A stretch of 64,000 nt of DNA from Candidatus Spongiisociaceae bacterium (GTDB lineage Bacteria; Actinomycetota; Acidimicrobiia; Spongiisociales; Spongiisociaceae). A program made the translations under genes and the position numbers. The notes beneath the pieces are model-generated. The model saw nothing but the letters and a program-made list of their open reading frames with translations. It searched no databases and was not told where the DNA came from. The DNA lies in assembly GCA_965219685.1 (NCBI GenBank), contig CBDCOH010000002.1, positions 1,600,001 through 1,664,000 of the forward strand, written 5' to 3'. Shown here piece by piece: positions 38,713 to 48,389 of the stretch. Position 1 is the stretch's first letter; each line of letters begins with the position of its first letter.

Positions 38713-41232
38713 ATGCTGTTCGATCAGATGTCGCCGGGTCATCCCACTGGGAAAACCGGTCCTACACACTCCAGGATCGCACCGGCCGCCGCGGGCGTCG
38801 CGCTGGTTCTCGCCATTTCGCTACTCGGCCCATGGCCGTGGACTCACGCAGGGTCCGGGATAGCAGCCGCGGCGTCCGGCGATCGCCACGCCCTGGTCAC
38901 GTTGTACCACGCCACGAACGGAGCCGGGTGGTCGAACTCCCGCAACTGGCTGAGCGAGACGCCGCTGGGCGACTGGGAGGGTGTAGCCACCGACGGCGCC
39001 GGCCGGGTAATCGAACTGGACCTTCGGTCGAACGGGCTCACAGGGGAGTTGCCCACCGAGCTGGGTCATCTCGCCGAACTGCAGGTGCTGAATCTCGAGG
39101 ACAACTACCTGTCCGGAGACCTGCCATCGGGGCTCGGAGATCTGACCGGGTTACGGGTGTTGAATCTCGGGGACAATCTGCTGTCCGGCCCGCTTCCGGC
39201 CCATCTGGCCCGACTGGCCGGATTGACCGACCTGAACCTCCATTTCAACCGGATCTCCGGACCGGTGCCGGCCTATTTGGGGTCGCTGAGCAAGCTCAGG
39301 GTTGTGGACCTGCGCAACAACGAGTTCTCCGGCGCGATTCCCATCGAGTTGGGTGCGCTGGCTGACCTGACCCATCTATTGCTCCGCAGCAACGCACTGG
39401 AGGGGCCTGTCCCCGCGGCGCTCGGGAAGCTCGAGAACCTCGCATGGTTGGATCTCAGCTTCAACCGGCTGACGGGAGGTATCCCGCCCGGACTGGGAGA
39501 GTTGGACGACCTCACCGTCCTGTACCTGAGTGGAAACCGGCTTTCAGGGGAGATCCCCTCGGAACTCGGGAAGCTGGAGAACCTGCGGATACTGAACCTG
39601 CGCCTCAACCGGTTGGGAGGGGAGATCCCCTCGGAACTCGGTGACCTGCGCAAGCTGCGGATAATGAATCTCTGGAACAACGATCTGTCCGGGGAGATCC
39701 CACCGGAGTTGGGTCGGCTCACGAACCTCAGACGGTTGGACCTCGATCAGAACGGACTGTCCGGGGAGATACCCTCCGAACTCGCCAATCTCACTGACCT
39801 CAGGGTGTTGTGGCTCCAGGGCAACCAACTCTCCGGTGACCTCCCAGCCTGGATTGGAGAACTCTCACAACTGGAGAGGGTGTACCTCCAGAACAACCGA
39901 CTGTCAGGGGAGATACCGGCCGAGTTCCGCAAACTAGCCAAGCTGGAACGGCTGTGGCTCGCCGGCAACCGCCTCTCCGGTGAGATACCTTCATGGCTCG
40001 GTGATCTCACCGGGCTGACACAGCTCAACCTGGGCGCCAACGACCTCTCCGGAGTAATCCCGGCCCAACTCGGCAGCCTCACGAAGCTCCGGCTGCTGAA
40101 CCTCGGGAACAACAACCTCGCCGGTGGCATCCCCCGAGAGGTGGGCAACCTCGCGGCTCTGGAGCAACTGGTGCTGGAAGGAAACGACCTGTCGGGAACC
40201 CTGCCCGACGAACTGGCGAAGCTCACCAGCCTGGAACAGGTGAGGGTCGGTCACAACCGCCTGTCAGGCGAGATACCCGCCTGGATGAGCGGATTCACCA
40301 AACTCGAGAGACTTCACCTCAACGACAATCGCTTCTCAGGGCCGATACACCCCGAGCTGGCCACCCTTAGCCGGCTGGAAGACGTCGATCTCGGTGGCAA
40401 CCGGCTGTCCGGTCCAATCCCTGACCGCGGCAATCTACCCAACCTGACCCGGCTGCGTCTCGCCGGCAACCAACTGTCCGGACAGATTCCTGCGGCTATC
40501 GGCCGGTTGGAGAATCTGGTCCATCTCAGCCTCGAAGGCAACCGCTTGTCCGGGGGAATACCCGCCGAACTGGGGAAGCTCTCCAAGTTGACCAACCTGA
40601 CGCTCGGCGACAACTACCTGACGGGCGAGATACCCGCGGAACTCGGTCAACTCACCAACCTCGCACGCCTCGACCTCGCCGGCAACTGGTTGTGGGGTGA
40701 GATCCCCGTCGAACTCGGCCGGCTCACCAATCTCGAGTACCTGAACCTGTACCACAACGAACTGACCGAACACATACCGGCGCAGCTCGGGAACCTCACC
40801 GACCTCAGGGTGCTGAATCTGGGCAGCAACCGGCTGGACAGACGGATCCCCGCGGAACTCGGCGGGTTGGTCAAGCTCACGACGCTCAACCTCGAGCACA
40901 ATGCCCTCTGGGGTGAGATCCCCGAAGAACTCGGCCAACTCACCAACCTGGTACGCCTGCATCTCGGGGGCAACGGCTTCAGGGGAGGGATCCCCACCGA
41001 GTTCGGACGTCTGACCGGACTGCAGGAGTTGGACCTCAGCCGCAACCGTCTGACAGGTGAGGTCCCCGCCGAGTTGGGCAACCTCTCAGCCCTCACCCAC
41101 CTGTACCTGGCGGGCAACCAGTTGAGCGGATGCCTTCCCGCGGGTTGGCAGGGCTTGGACCCCACGGGCGACGATCTGTTCCTGCTCGAACTCGAGTTCT
41201 GCCCCGCGCTCCGAACCGTTGACCACCACTAG
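38713..41232 (+). CDS. Secreted plant-type leucine-rich-repeat protein (30 x 24-aa repeats)
   Basis: Hydrophobic signal, N-cap DR.AL..LY.ATNG..W....NWL...PL..W.GV, then 30 counted LxxLxLxxNxLSGxIPxELG repeats. AGGAG RBS before ATG 38713. Confidence 0.9.
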   Translation: MLFDQMSPGHPTGKTGPTHSRIAPAAAGVALVLAISLLGPWPWTHAGSGIAAAASGDRHALVTLYHATNGAGWSNSRNWLSETPLGDWEGVATDGAGRVIELDLRSNGLTGELPTELGHLAELQVLNLEDNYLSGDLPSGLGDLTGLRVLNLGDNLLSGPLPAHLARLAGLTDLNLHFNRISGPVPAYLGSLSKLRVVDLRNNEFSGAIPIELGALADLTHLLLRSNALEGPVPAALGKLENLAWLDLSFNRLTGGIPPGLGELDDLTVLYLSGNRLSGEIPSELGKLENLRILNLRLNRLGGEIPSELGDLRKLRIMNLWNNDLSGEIPPELGRLTNLRRLDLDQNGLSGEIPSELANLTDLRVLWLQGNQLSGDLPAWIGELSQLERVYLQNNRLSGEIPAEFRKLAKLERLWLAGNRLSGEIPSWLGDLTGLTQLNLGANDLSGVIPAQLGSLTKLRLLNLGNNNLAGGIPREVGNLAALEQLVLEGNDLSGTLPDELAKLTSLEQVRVGHNRLSGEIPAWMSGFTKLERLHLNDNRFSGPIHPELATLSRLEDVDLGGNRLSGPIPDRGNLPNLTRLRLAGNQLSGQIPAAIGRLENLVHLSLEGNRLSGGIPAELGKLSKLTNLTLGDNYLTGEIPAELGQLTNLARLDLAGNWLWGEIPVELGRLTNLEYLNLYHNELTEHIPAQLGNLTDLRVLNLGSNRLDRRIPAELGGLVKLTTLNLEHNALWGEIPEELGQLTNLVRLHLGGNGFRGGIPTEFGRLTGLQELDLSRNRLTGEVPAELGNLSALTHLYLAGNQLSGCLPAGWQGLDPTGDDLFLLELEFCPALRTVDHH

Positions 41233-41266
41233 CAACTAGCAACTAGCAACTAGCAACTAGCAACTA
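41228..41266. repeat. Heptamer microsatellite (ACTAGCA)5 + ACTA
   Basis: Read directly. Fills the gap between convergent stop codons. Confidence 0.97.
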
Positions 41267-41267
41267 T

Positions 41268-42011
41268 TCATGGTCCTCCGGTCACGTATAGAACCTGGCC
41301 GGTCACGTAACTGCTGGCTTCGCTCACCAGGAAGTCCACCACCGAAGCTACCTCCTCTGGTCGCCCGATCCTTCCCAGCGCGGCTTCGGCGGCTGCCGCT
41401 CCGGCGAACTCCTCCCAGGTGATGCGATCGCGTACGGCATGGTCTCGGGTCATCCTGGTGTCTATGAACCCGGGCGCCACGGCGTTGACGCGGATCCCCT
41501 CCGGGCCGAGTTCGAGAGCCAGGGAGCGTGTCAAGCCGATGATCCCGGCCTTGGCGGCGCCGTAGTTGGCGTGTCCGCCGATCCCGCGCGCAGCTATGGA
41601 CGCCGTAAGAACCACGCTCGCGGCCGGGGACCTCCGCAATGCGGGCAGAGCGGCCTGCACCACGGAGAACGACCCCGTCAGATGGACTTCGAGAACCGAG
41701 GACCACGCCGCCGGGGACATCTCGTCGAGTCCTGCACCGTCCATGTTGCCCGCCGCGGCCACCACCGCGTCCAGGCCTCCCAAGCTCGACACCAGCCGGT
41801 CGACGGTCTCCCCCACCGCTCCCACATCGGCCACGTCCACCACTCCGGCCTCGGCCGCCACACCCATGTGAACCAGTTCCTCCGCTACCCGCTCGGCCGG
41901 TCCCCGGTCACGGTCGATCACCCCGATCCCACGGAAGCTCCCGGCCAGTCTGCGGCACGTGGCGGCTCCTATCCCGCGGCCTCCCCCGGACACGATGGCG
42001 ACCCTACTCAT
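41268..42011 (-). CDS. SDR family oxidoreductase (FabG-like)
   Basis: SGGGRGIG, AAG, NYGAAKAG, VNAVAPGFIDT, YVTGQ. Confidence 0.92.
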   Translation of the reverse strand: MSRVAIVSGGGRGIGAATCRRLAGSFRGIGVIDRDRGPAERVAEELVHMGVAAEAGVVDVADVGAVGETVDRLVSSLGGLDAVVAAAGNMDGAGLDEMSPAAWSSVLEVHLTGSFSVVQAALPALRRSPAASVVLTASIAARGIGGHANYGAAKAGIIGLTRSLALELGPEGIRVNAVAPGFIDTRMTRDHAVRDRITWEEFAGAAAAEAALGRIGRPEEVASVVDFLVSEASSYVTGQVLYVTGGP

Positions 42012-42300
42012 CGCAGGGACCACCCGCAGTCCACCACCAGCGTCTGGCCGGAGATCCATCGGGCCCGCTCGGACGCCAGGAACACCACCGCATCGACCAC
42101 ATCGTCGACGGCGCCATGTCCGAGCGGCATCGGGACCCCGGGCTGTTCCGCCGGGTTCCGTACAGGTTGGTGGGCACCGGTCCGCGCACAACCGCATCCA
42201 CCCGAACCCCGTCCGGGACGAGTTCGTAGGCGGCCGAGCGGATCGTCCGGGCGTCGATGACTCCCTCGGGCACGATGTCCCTCACCCCGGTCATCGCCTG
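42008..42300 (-). pseudogene. C-terminal remnant of a second SDR
   Basis: AAYELVPDGVRVDAV..GPV.T, then after a frameshift MPLGHGAVDDVVDAVVFLASERARWISGQTLVVDCGWSLR*. Rossmann half missing. Confidence 0.75.
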
Positions 42301-42451
42301 ACCCGGCGGTCGCCGAGGTCTCCGGTCATCCACCCTCCCTCCGCTGGGCTCGTGCGGGCTACCGGGAGGTTACCGAACAACGACGACCCCGGCGGTTGAC
42401 CACCGTTGGTCTCGCGTCCTGGCACAACCGTCGCTCAGCCGGTTCGGGTGC

Positions 42452-44890
42452 TCAAACGAGGCCGAGAGATCTTGCGAGGAACGTTGCCATCTCGGCCCGG
42501 GTAACCCGTCGGGCGGGGCAGTACCGGAGCGGATACTCCTCGCACCCGGCGGTGATCCCGGCTGCGTAGAGGGCATCGATGTCCGCCTCGTGGTAGTTGC
42601 CATCGATGTCGCCGAATCCTGCAGGTAGCCCCGGCCCGAGATCGAAGGACCTCACCAGAAACGACGCCATCTGAGCCCGCGTGACCCGGGCCTCGGGGCA
42701 GAAGCGCAGCGGCCGGGTCGCGCACCCCGCGGTGATCTCTAGGGCCGCAAGGCGTTCGACGTAGGGCATCCACCACACGTCTTCGTCTACATCCTCGAAG
42801 ACCGTTCCGTCCACCGCGGTCGGTTCCCTTCCGTCGATCGCCCGCACGAGCCACACCGCCACGGTCCATCGCTCTATCGGCTCGTCGGGACAGATGCGGT
42901 AGTCGGCACATCCGGTATCGGCCAGGATTCCTCTCTCGGCGAGGGCTTCGAGCGCTCCCGCATGAACACTCCCCGTCGTGTCTATGAACGATTGGCAGCC
43001 GCCCACTCCCGCATCTCGCAAGTCTCCGAAGAGAGCCTCCAGAGACCGAAGGGAATGGGGCACGCACAGCCTGGTGCCGGAGAGACTCAGGTCGGTGAGC
43101 TTTGCCAAGTCGGAGATCCGGTCGGGAAGGCTGCCGCTCAAGTCGTTGCCGGAGAGGTCGAGCTTCCGGAGTTCGGCCAGCTGACCGATCTCTTCGGGTA
43201 TCGAACCCCTCAGACCGTTGCCGAACGGACCACCGAGGTCGATCCCGGTTACGCGCCCGGCGGCGTCCGTGTCCACACCGTGCCATTGGCCCAAGGGCGC
43301 GTCGGTCTTCCAGCGCCAGGTATTGAACCAGGCGTCTCCGCCTGTGACGTCGTACAACGCCAAGAGTGCCGCTCGGTCTCCCTCATGGACAGGAACGCCC
43401 GACGGGGCGGGACCGTAGGTGTAGTTGGCGGCGGCGTCCAGAAGCGTCCTGTGCAGGCGGCTGCAGCTTCCGAACAGAATGATGTCGGGTTTGTTCACGA
43501 TCATCGCAAATGTGAGCGTCTCGCCGTTGGCCGCCACGGTCGTGCCAGCCAGAGCCGTCACATGGTTCAACGTGCCTGTCTTGGCTCTCACCGTGAGGAG
43601 CCGATCGTCTCCGCCGGGACGCCGAGCCGGGGCACAGGTTCGCAATGTTCCCGTCTCGCCCGCCACGGACAGGCCCTCCACCAGCGGTGAACCCGGACCA
43701 GCCTCCAGCAGGAATCCGGCGACGGCCGCACACGTCAGACGGTTCGCGTAGGAGAGGCCCGAGCCGTCGGCGATCACCAGCCCGTCAGCAGTCGGCCCTA
43801 GCTTGTCGCGCAGGAACGCCTGAAGGCTTGCCGCCGCGGAGGCGCGGTCCGAGCCCCCGCTCCGGCGGCCTATCTCCTTGAGCAGCATCTCGGCGATGGT
43901 GTTGTCTGAGCGGGTCAGCATGCGCGCCAGGATCTCGGACAGTGGAGGCGACTCCACCGCTCCCAGCATCGTTCGTCGGCTCGGAACCGGGGCCATGCCC
44001 GCTCCGGGCCGCTGGGTGATCACCATTCCCCGCGCCTCGAGGAGGTCGTCGAATACCGAGGCTGCGTGCTGCGCCGGGTCTGCCGCTCGCACGTTTCGGT
44101 GGACAGCCGGGCCCGACACCGTCCAGGAGTAGGAGGAATACCCGCTGTTTAGAAGTAGGCCCGACAGCGGCCCGGCACTGTTCGAAGTCACGAAGGAGCG
44201 CTTCCATACAGGGTCTGCACCTTCGGATGTCAGCTCGCGGGAGTAGTCGCGCTGTTTGTCGGGGAACCAGGACTCGTCTCCCACCACCCGGCCTTCGATT
44301 CTCGTGACGCCGCCGGCCGCAAGCGTTGCAAACACCCGGTCAGCCAGGCTCGTGATGTCGGTGTGGGCGACAGGCTCCGGATACCGACCGGCGTAGCGCG
44401 GCGTGGACAGCACGGGATCGCCCTGACCGACGAGGTAAATGTCGCCTCTCAACACGCCGTCGGCTATCGACTCGAAGTCGTCGTCACGAGCAAACACTTC
44501 CGTGGAGAAGACATCGTCGGGGCGAATGATCTCGAGGGCGGCGGCGGCCGTGGCCACCTTCATCAAGGACGCGGGGGTGAGTGCCGTACCGGATCGAGAC
44601 TCGAAGATCGTCTCGCCGTCGAGCATGACCGAGAGACACATCGAGTCGGATGCCTCACGCAGAGTGAGCACGGTCGAGAACTCCTCCGCGAGACGGTCCC
44701 TCGCCTCCTGGACTGCCGATGTCGATCCATCCTGGGTCGCGCCGGACGCGGCGAGAGACGGTGCCGCAGGCACGAGGACCATCACCAGCGCGAGGATGGT
44801 CAGACATCTGACCGACCGATGCCCAGCGGTCAGTGTCCGCCGCCGTTCAGGACGGTCATCCAAGCGGCGGTCCGGACTCTTCTGAGCCAT
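42452..44890 (-). CDS. dacB: D-Ala-D-Ala carboxypeptidase/endopeptidase (PBP4, S13) fused to LRR and SLH domains
   Basis: Signal peptide. ASLMK (SxxK), GDP, SDN, DGSGLS, AKTGTL. LRR N-cap plus about 3 LRRs. Three SLH-like repeats (GITAGC....FCP...VTRAQMA). Confidence 0.85.
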   Translation of the reverse strand: MAQKSPDRRLDDRPERRRTLTAGHRSVRCLTILALVMVLVPAAPSLAASGATQDGSTSAVQEARDRLAEEFSTVLTLREASDSMCLSVMLDGETIFESRSGTALTPASLMKVATAAAALEIIRPDDVFSTEVFARDDDFESIADGVLRGDIYLVGQGDPVLSTPRYAGRYPEPVAHTDITSLADRVFATLAAGGVTRIEGRVVGDESWFPDKQRDYSRELTSEGADPVWKRSFVTSNSAGPLSGLLLNSGYSSYSWTVSGPAVHRNVRAADPAQHAASVFDDLLEARGMVITQRPGAGMAPVPSRRTMLGAVESPPLSEILARMLTRSDNTIAEMLLKEIGRRSGGSDRASAAASLQAFLRDKLGPTADGLVIADGSGLSYANRLTCAAVAGFLLEAGPGSPLVEGLSVAGETGTLRTCAPARRPGGDDRLLTVRAKTGTLNHVTALAGTTVAANGETLTFAMIVNKPDIILFGSCSRLHRTLLDAAANYTYGPAPSGVPVHEGDRAALLALYDVTGGDAWFNTWRWKTDAPLGQWHGVDTDAAGRVTGIDLGGPFGNGLRGSIPEEIGQLAELRKLDLSGNDLSGSLPDRISDLAKLTDLSLSGTRLCVPHSLRSLEALFGDLRDAGVGGCQSFIDTTGSVHAGALEALAERGILADTGCADYRICPDEPIERWTVAVWLVRAIDGREPTAVDGTVFEDVDEDVWWMPYVERLAALEITAGCATRPLRFCPEARVTRAQMASFLVRSFDLGPGLPAGFGDIDGNYHEADIDALYAAGITAGCEEYPLRYCPARRVTRAEMATFLARSLGLV

Positions 44891-45047
44891 CCAAGGGAAG
44901 ACCTGGGGCTAGCCGGCAGCGTGACGAATGGCCTTCGTAGAGATCTTCATCTTCTTGCCCATTCGCCCCTCCCCCAACTCGGTCCTGCGCGGGTGACTGT
45001 AGCCCACCACCGACCGGTGCCGTGCTCAGCCCGAGGCGGGCAGAACC

Positions 45048-45155
45048 TCACTTGCGCCACAGCTTCTGGAGGATCGTCCATGCACCCAGCAGCATGACCG
45101 CGCACAGGACCGCTATGAACAGCCACACCAGGATCCCCAACACCCATCCAAGCAT
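45048..45155 (-). CDS. Possible 35-aa single-pass membrane protein
   Basis: MLGWVLGILVWLFIAVLCAVMLLGAWTILQKLWRK with a G-rich RBS upstream. Confidence 0.4.
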   Translation of the reverse strand: MLGWVLGILVWLFIAVLCAVMLLGAWTILQKLWRK

Positions 45156-45869
45156 CAGGCTGTCCCCCCTCTGGCCGACTTGGGTCGGCCCGGGGAGAGA
45201 GGTACAGGCCGGGCCGGAACCCGGTGGAACGAAACGCAGGCCATGGCCGCGACCATACTTCGCCCGCCCCGGTCGTGCGACACCAGGCACCGCCTTGCTG
45301 CCACATGACCCTGCAACCGCTTGGAGTATCTACATCACGCATCTATATGAGACGCTCCTTTCCCTGCATCAGATGAGTGGGAGAAGAAGGTGACGAGCGA
45401 GCCGCCGAGCAGAGGACGAGTGGTCGCGCTCCGTGCCGACGTACCGTACGAGAGTGGTCGGTCCCCATTTCGAGTCGAGCCGTCGCCGCTGGGATTAGCC
45501 GCTACGCTCCCCTCCCCCCCGGGAGGCTCTGGGCGGATCACCGGCCCGGCACACCGCCTAAAGGTCAACGACCGTAGCCGCCGCTCCTTGAAGTTGGCCG
45601 TGTCGGCCGGGTCCGAACCGATACAGAATGCGTCGGCACGCCCTCCCCGCAACGAGCACGTCGCCATCTGTGAAGATCCGGTGCATCGAACGACTCGACA
45701 GTGACGACACAGCTAGCCTTATCCCGGTTGGAACTAGCGAGGCGATATCGAAGGTATCGCTGGGTCGAGCCCAACGGGAGTTGTGAAACGTACTCTGGCT
45801 TGTGCGACTAATCAGTTTGCGTCAAGCACACCCTGACAGATCGGGAATTGAGGAGTGAGCGGAAGAGCC

Positions 45870-47273
45870 ATGTCCAGCTACGACTATGACTTGGTGGTCA
45901 TCGGATCCGGACCCGCTGGCCAGCGGGCGGCGATCCAAGCCTCGAAGCTGGGGAAGCGAGTTGTTGTGGTCGAGCGGGAACCGCAGGTCGGAGGTCTCAA
46001 CGTCACCGCGGGCACGGTCAGCAAGACCATGCGGGACGCCGCCCTGTACTTGACGGGCTACCGGGAACGTAACTTCTACGGCGAGTCGTACGCCGTGAAG
46101 GACAACATCACGATGAGTGACCTGATGGTGAGGACTCGCTACGTGATGCAGCAGCAGTCGGACATCCTGCGTAGCCATCTGGCGAAGAACCGGGTGGAAG
46201 TGATCATCGCGGAGGGGTCGTTCGTCGATCGCCACACCATCAACCTCTCCTCGCACGACGGCACCTCCAACCGCACGATCACCACCGACAAGGTCGTAAT
46301 CGCGGTGGGAACCTACTCCACCACCCCTCCCGTAGTGTACGCGGACGGCAGGATGATCTTCGTCAGTGACTACATTCTCGGCCTCGACAACCTGCCTCGC
46401 ACCTTGAGCATCGTCGGAGCCGGCGCGATCGGGCTGGAGTACTGCAGTACCTTCGCCGCACTGGGCATCCGGGTTACCCTCGTGGACCGCAACGATCGGC
46501 TTCTCACCTTCGCCGACGAGGAACTGGCCGACGCGCTGGCCTTCCACTTCCGGCAGAGAGGTGTGACGCTACGCCTCCGCGAAGTCGTCCACGACATCGA
46601 GTACCTGACCGATCAGCCGAGCCCTCGGGTGCGGGTCAAGCTCGACAGCGGCAAGCAGATCATCAGCGACTCGGTAATGTACTGCGTGGGGCGCACCGGC
46701 TCGACCGACGCGCTCAACCTGGCCGCTATCGGCTTGGAGGCCGACGGGCGAAGCCGGCTGAGCGTCGACGAACATTGCCAGACGAGTGTGGACGGCGTAT
46801 ACGCGGCCGGGGGTATCGTCGGCTTCCCAGATCTTGTCTCGACATCGCGGATGCAGGGCCGCTTGGCCGCCCGCCATGCCTTCGGGGCGCCGTGCGACAC
46901 CCAACACAACCTGTTGCCGTACACCATCAAGACGATTCCCGAAGTGGCGATGGTCGGCAAGACCGAAGCCCAGCTCACCGACGAGGGTATTCCCTACGAG
47001 ATCGGAAAGGCCCAGTACCGGGACACCGAGAGCAGCATGGTCAGGGGCGACGATGTCGGCTTCCTGAAACTGATCTTCAATCTCGAAACCAGGGAACTGC
47101 TCGGTGTCCACATCATCGGGGAGGAGGCCGCCGAACTGATCCACATCGGCCAGGCTGTCATCGCCCATGGCGGCACGATCGACTACTTCGTGGACGCCGT
47201 GATCGGCTATCCCACCTTGGCCGAGTGCTACACGACTGCGGCCCTCGACGGGATGACGAGGCTCGGACTGTGA
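45870..47273 (+). CDS. sthA: Soluble pyridine nucleotide transhydrogenase-like flavoprotein (divergent)
   Basis: GSGPAGQRAAIQA.KLGK, SKT.R.A.LYLTG...R.FYG, GAGAIGLEY, TIPE, ELIHIGQAV, YPTLAECY..AA. Confidence 0.8.
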   Translation: MSSYDYDLVVIGSGPAGQRAAIQASKLGKRVVVVEREPQVGGLNVTAGTVSKTMRDAALYLTGYRERNFYGESYAVKDNITMSDLMVRTRYVMQQQSDILRSHLAKNRVEVIIAEGSFVDRHTINLSSHDGTSNRTITTDKVVIAVGTYSTTPPVVYADGRMIFVSDYILGLDNLPRTLSIVGAGAIGLEYCSTFAALGIRVTLVDRNDRLLTFADEELADALAFHFRQRGVTLRLREVVHDIEYLTDQPSPRVRVKLDSGKQIISDSVMYCVGRTGSTDALNLAAIGLEADGRSRLSVDEHCQTSVDGVYAAGGIVGFPDLVSTSRMQGRLAARHAFGAPCDTQHNLLPYTIKTIPEVAMVGKTEAQLTDEGIPYEIGKAQYRDTESSMVRGDDVGFLKLIFNLETRELLGVHIIGEEAAELIHIGQAVIAHGGTIDYFVDAVIGYPTLAECYTTAALDGMTRLGL

Positions 47274-47412
47274 GTCCTACCCATCTGACTGCCACCAAGC
47301 GGCTGGGAGGGTGCTGAGGAACGAGGACCATGGTTGGCGTTCCGTCCGCTGAGTTGGGAGTTTGTAAGCGGCCGGAGGGGGCTTCTCCGCACCCCTTCGA
47401 CGATGCCGTGAA

Positions 47413-47832
47413 TCAGCTGATCACTCCCGCTACTACTAGGTAGACGGCAAGTACGGTGAGCAGTACCACTCCATGGAACACTGCGAGGGAGCGAGAGAAG
47501 GTAGACGACAGCCATGTGGCCGCAGACTCTTGCTGACGGACAACCGCGACATCCATCGAGTAGTCCACGAGTCTTTCGTCCAGTTCACTAACGTGATCGT
47601 ATAGGGCTCGGAACGACCGATCCAGCCGGAGAAAGTGACCGTCGAGTCCCCAGAACACCAGGACCGGTAGGAGGGCAACCAGCAGAATCATCTTCTCGGA
47701 ACTAGCGGCACCCGACACCAGCAACGCCGAGACCAACAGAACGCTCCACCCCTTCAACAGGATCGAGTTCTGTCCGAGCCGAGACACCACGCCTTGGATC
47801 ATGGCGAGATGGGCTTCCTTCTTGGCCGTCAT
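47413..47832 (-). CDS. Small multi-TM protein of a family often found in defence islands
   Basis: HLAMIQGVVSRL..NS..LKGWSV, FWGLD..FL...R.FRALYD.V, DYSMD. Family association is from recall only. Confidence 0.55.
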   Translation of the reverse strand: MTAKKEAHLAMIQGVVSRLGQNSILLKGWSVLLVSALLVSGAASSEKMILLVALLPVLVFWGLDGHFLRLDRSFRALYDHVSELDERLVDYSMDVAVVRQQESAATWLSSTFSRSLAVFHGVVLLTVLAVYLVVAGVIS

Positions 47833-47930
47833 AATGACGGGGATCCTACTACCCGCACGTTATTGCTCTCATTGGCCGGCCACCGTCGGGCGCTGGTCGC
47901 AGTCCCGTCAGCTTCTGCTCAGGAAGGAAC

Positions 47931-48380
47931 CTACAGGGCGAACTCCTCGGGGTCACGGCTCACCATGTCGTAGCCCTCGTTGTTGTGAGGCATCTCCTGT
48001 GGCTCCCGATCGAGAGACCGCTCGGTTTCCAGGACAGCGTCAACCGCCCTGCGATCCACCTCTGCCGCGTCTCGAGCGAGGAAGGTAGGGGCCCCGCGTG
48101 TCGTGGTCAGGTAAGGCGGTCCAGCAGTCCCTGGGACACCACGATCGCGCCTCCCACTATGTCGGGCGGTCGGTTCGAGATTTGGAGTTCGCGGTCGAGT
48201 TCGAGATTCCGTTGCTCCAACCTCGCCGCCAGTTCGTCGGCGAAGTTCCGAGCGTGTGCGGCCGTGAAACCGCCTTTCGGGCGGTTCCCCTGGCCTGTCT
48301 CGCCTTGGCCTTGAACTGGTACGCGTCCCAGTAGCGGATCCGGGCTGGCACGCGGTGTTCCACGGCCACGTAGGGGTCGG
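47931..48380 (-). pseudogene. Degraded C-terminus of an SNF2-helicase/DUF3883 protein
   Basis: IRYWD, ADELAARLEQR..ELDRELQISNRPPDIVGGAIVV.QGLL and AVDAVLETER......EMPHNNEGYD..SRDP in three different frames. Confidence 0.65.
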
Positions 48381-48389
48381 AACAGGTGA

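Noticed and set aside
39000-41200. Diversity-generating retroelement acting on the LRR gene
   Set aside because: No reverse transcriptase, and no TR/VR pair with adenine-specific differences was seen.
41228-41266. Heptamer arrays and LRR DNA repeats as CRISPR
   Set aside because: No repeat-spacer structure and no cas genes.
45335-45780. Short ORFs or ncRNA in the dacB-sthA gap
   Set aside because: No recognisable protein or RNA motif, so no call can be supported.
45781-45820. Rex-like TTGTGAA half-site upstream of sthA
   Set aside because: The second half-site (TTCACAA) is absent.
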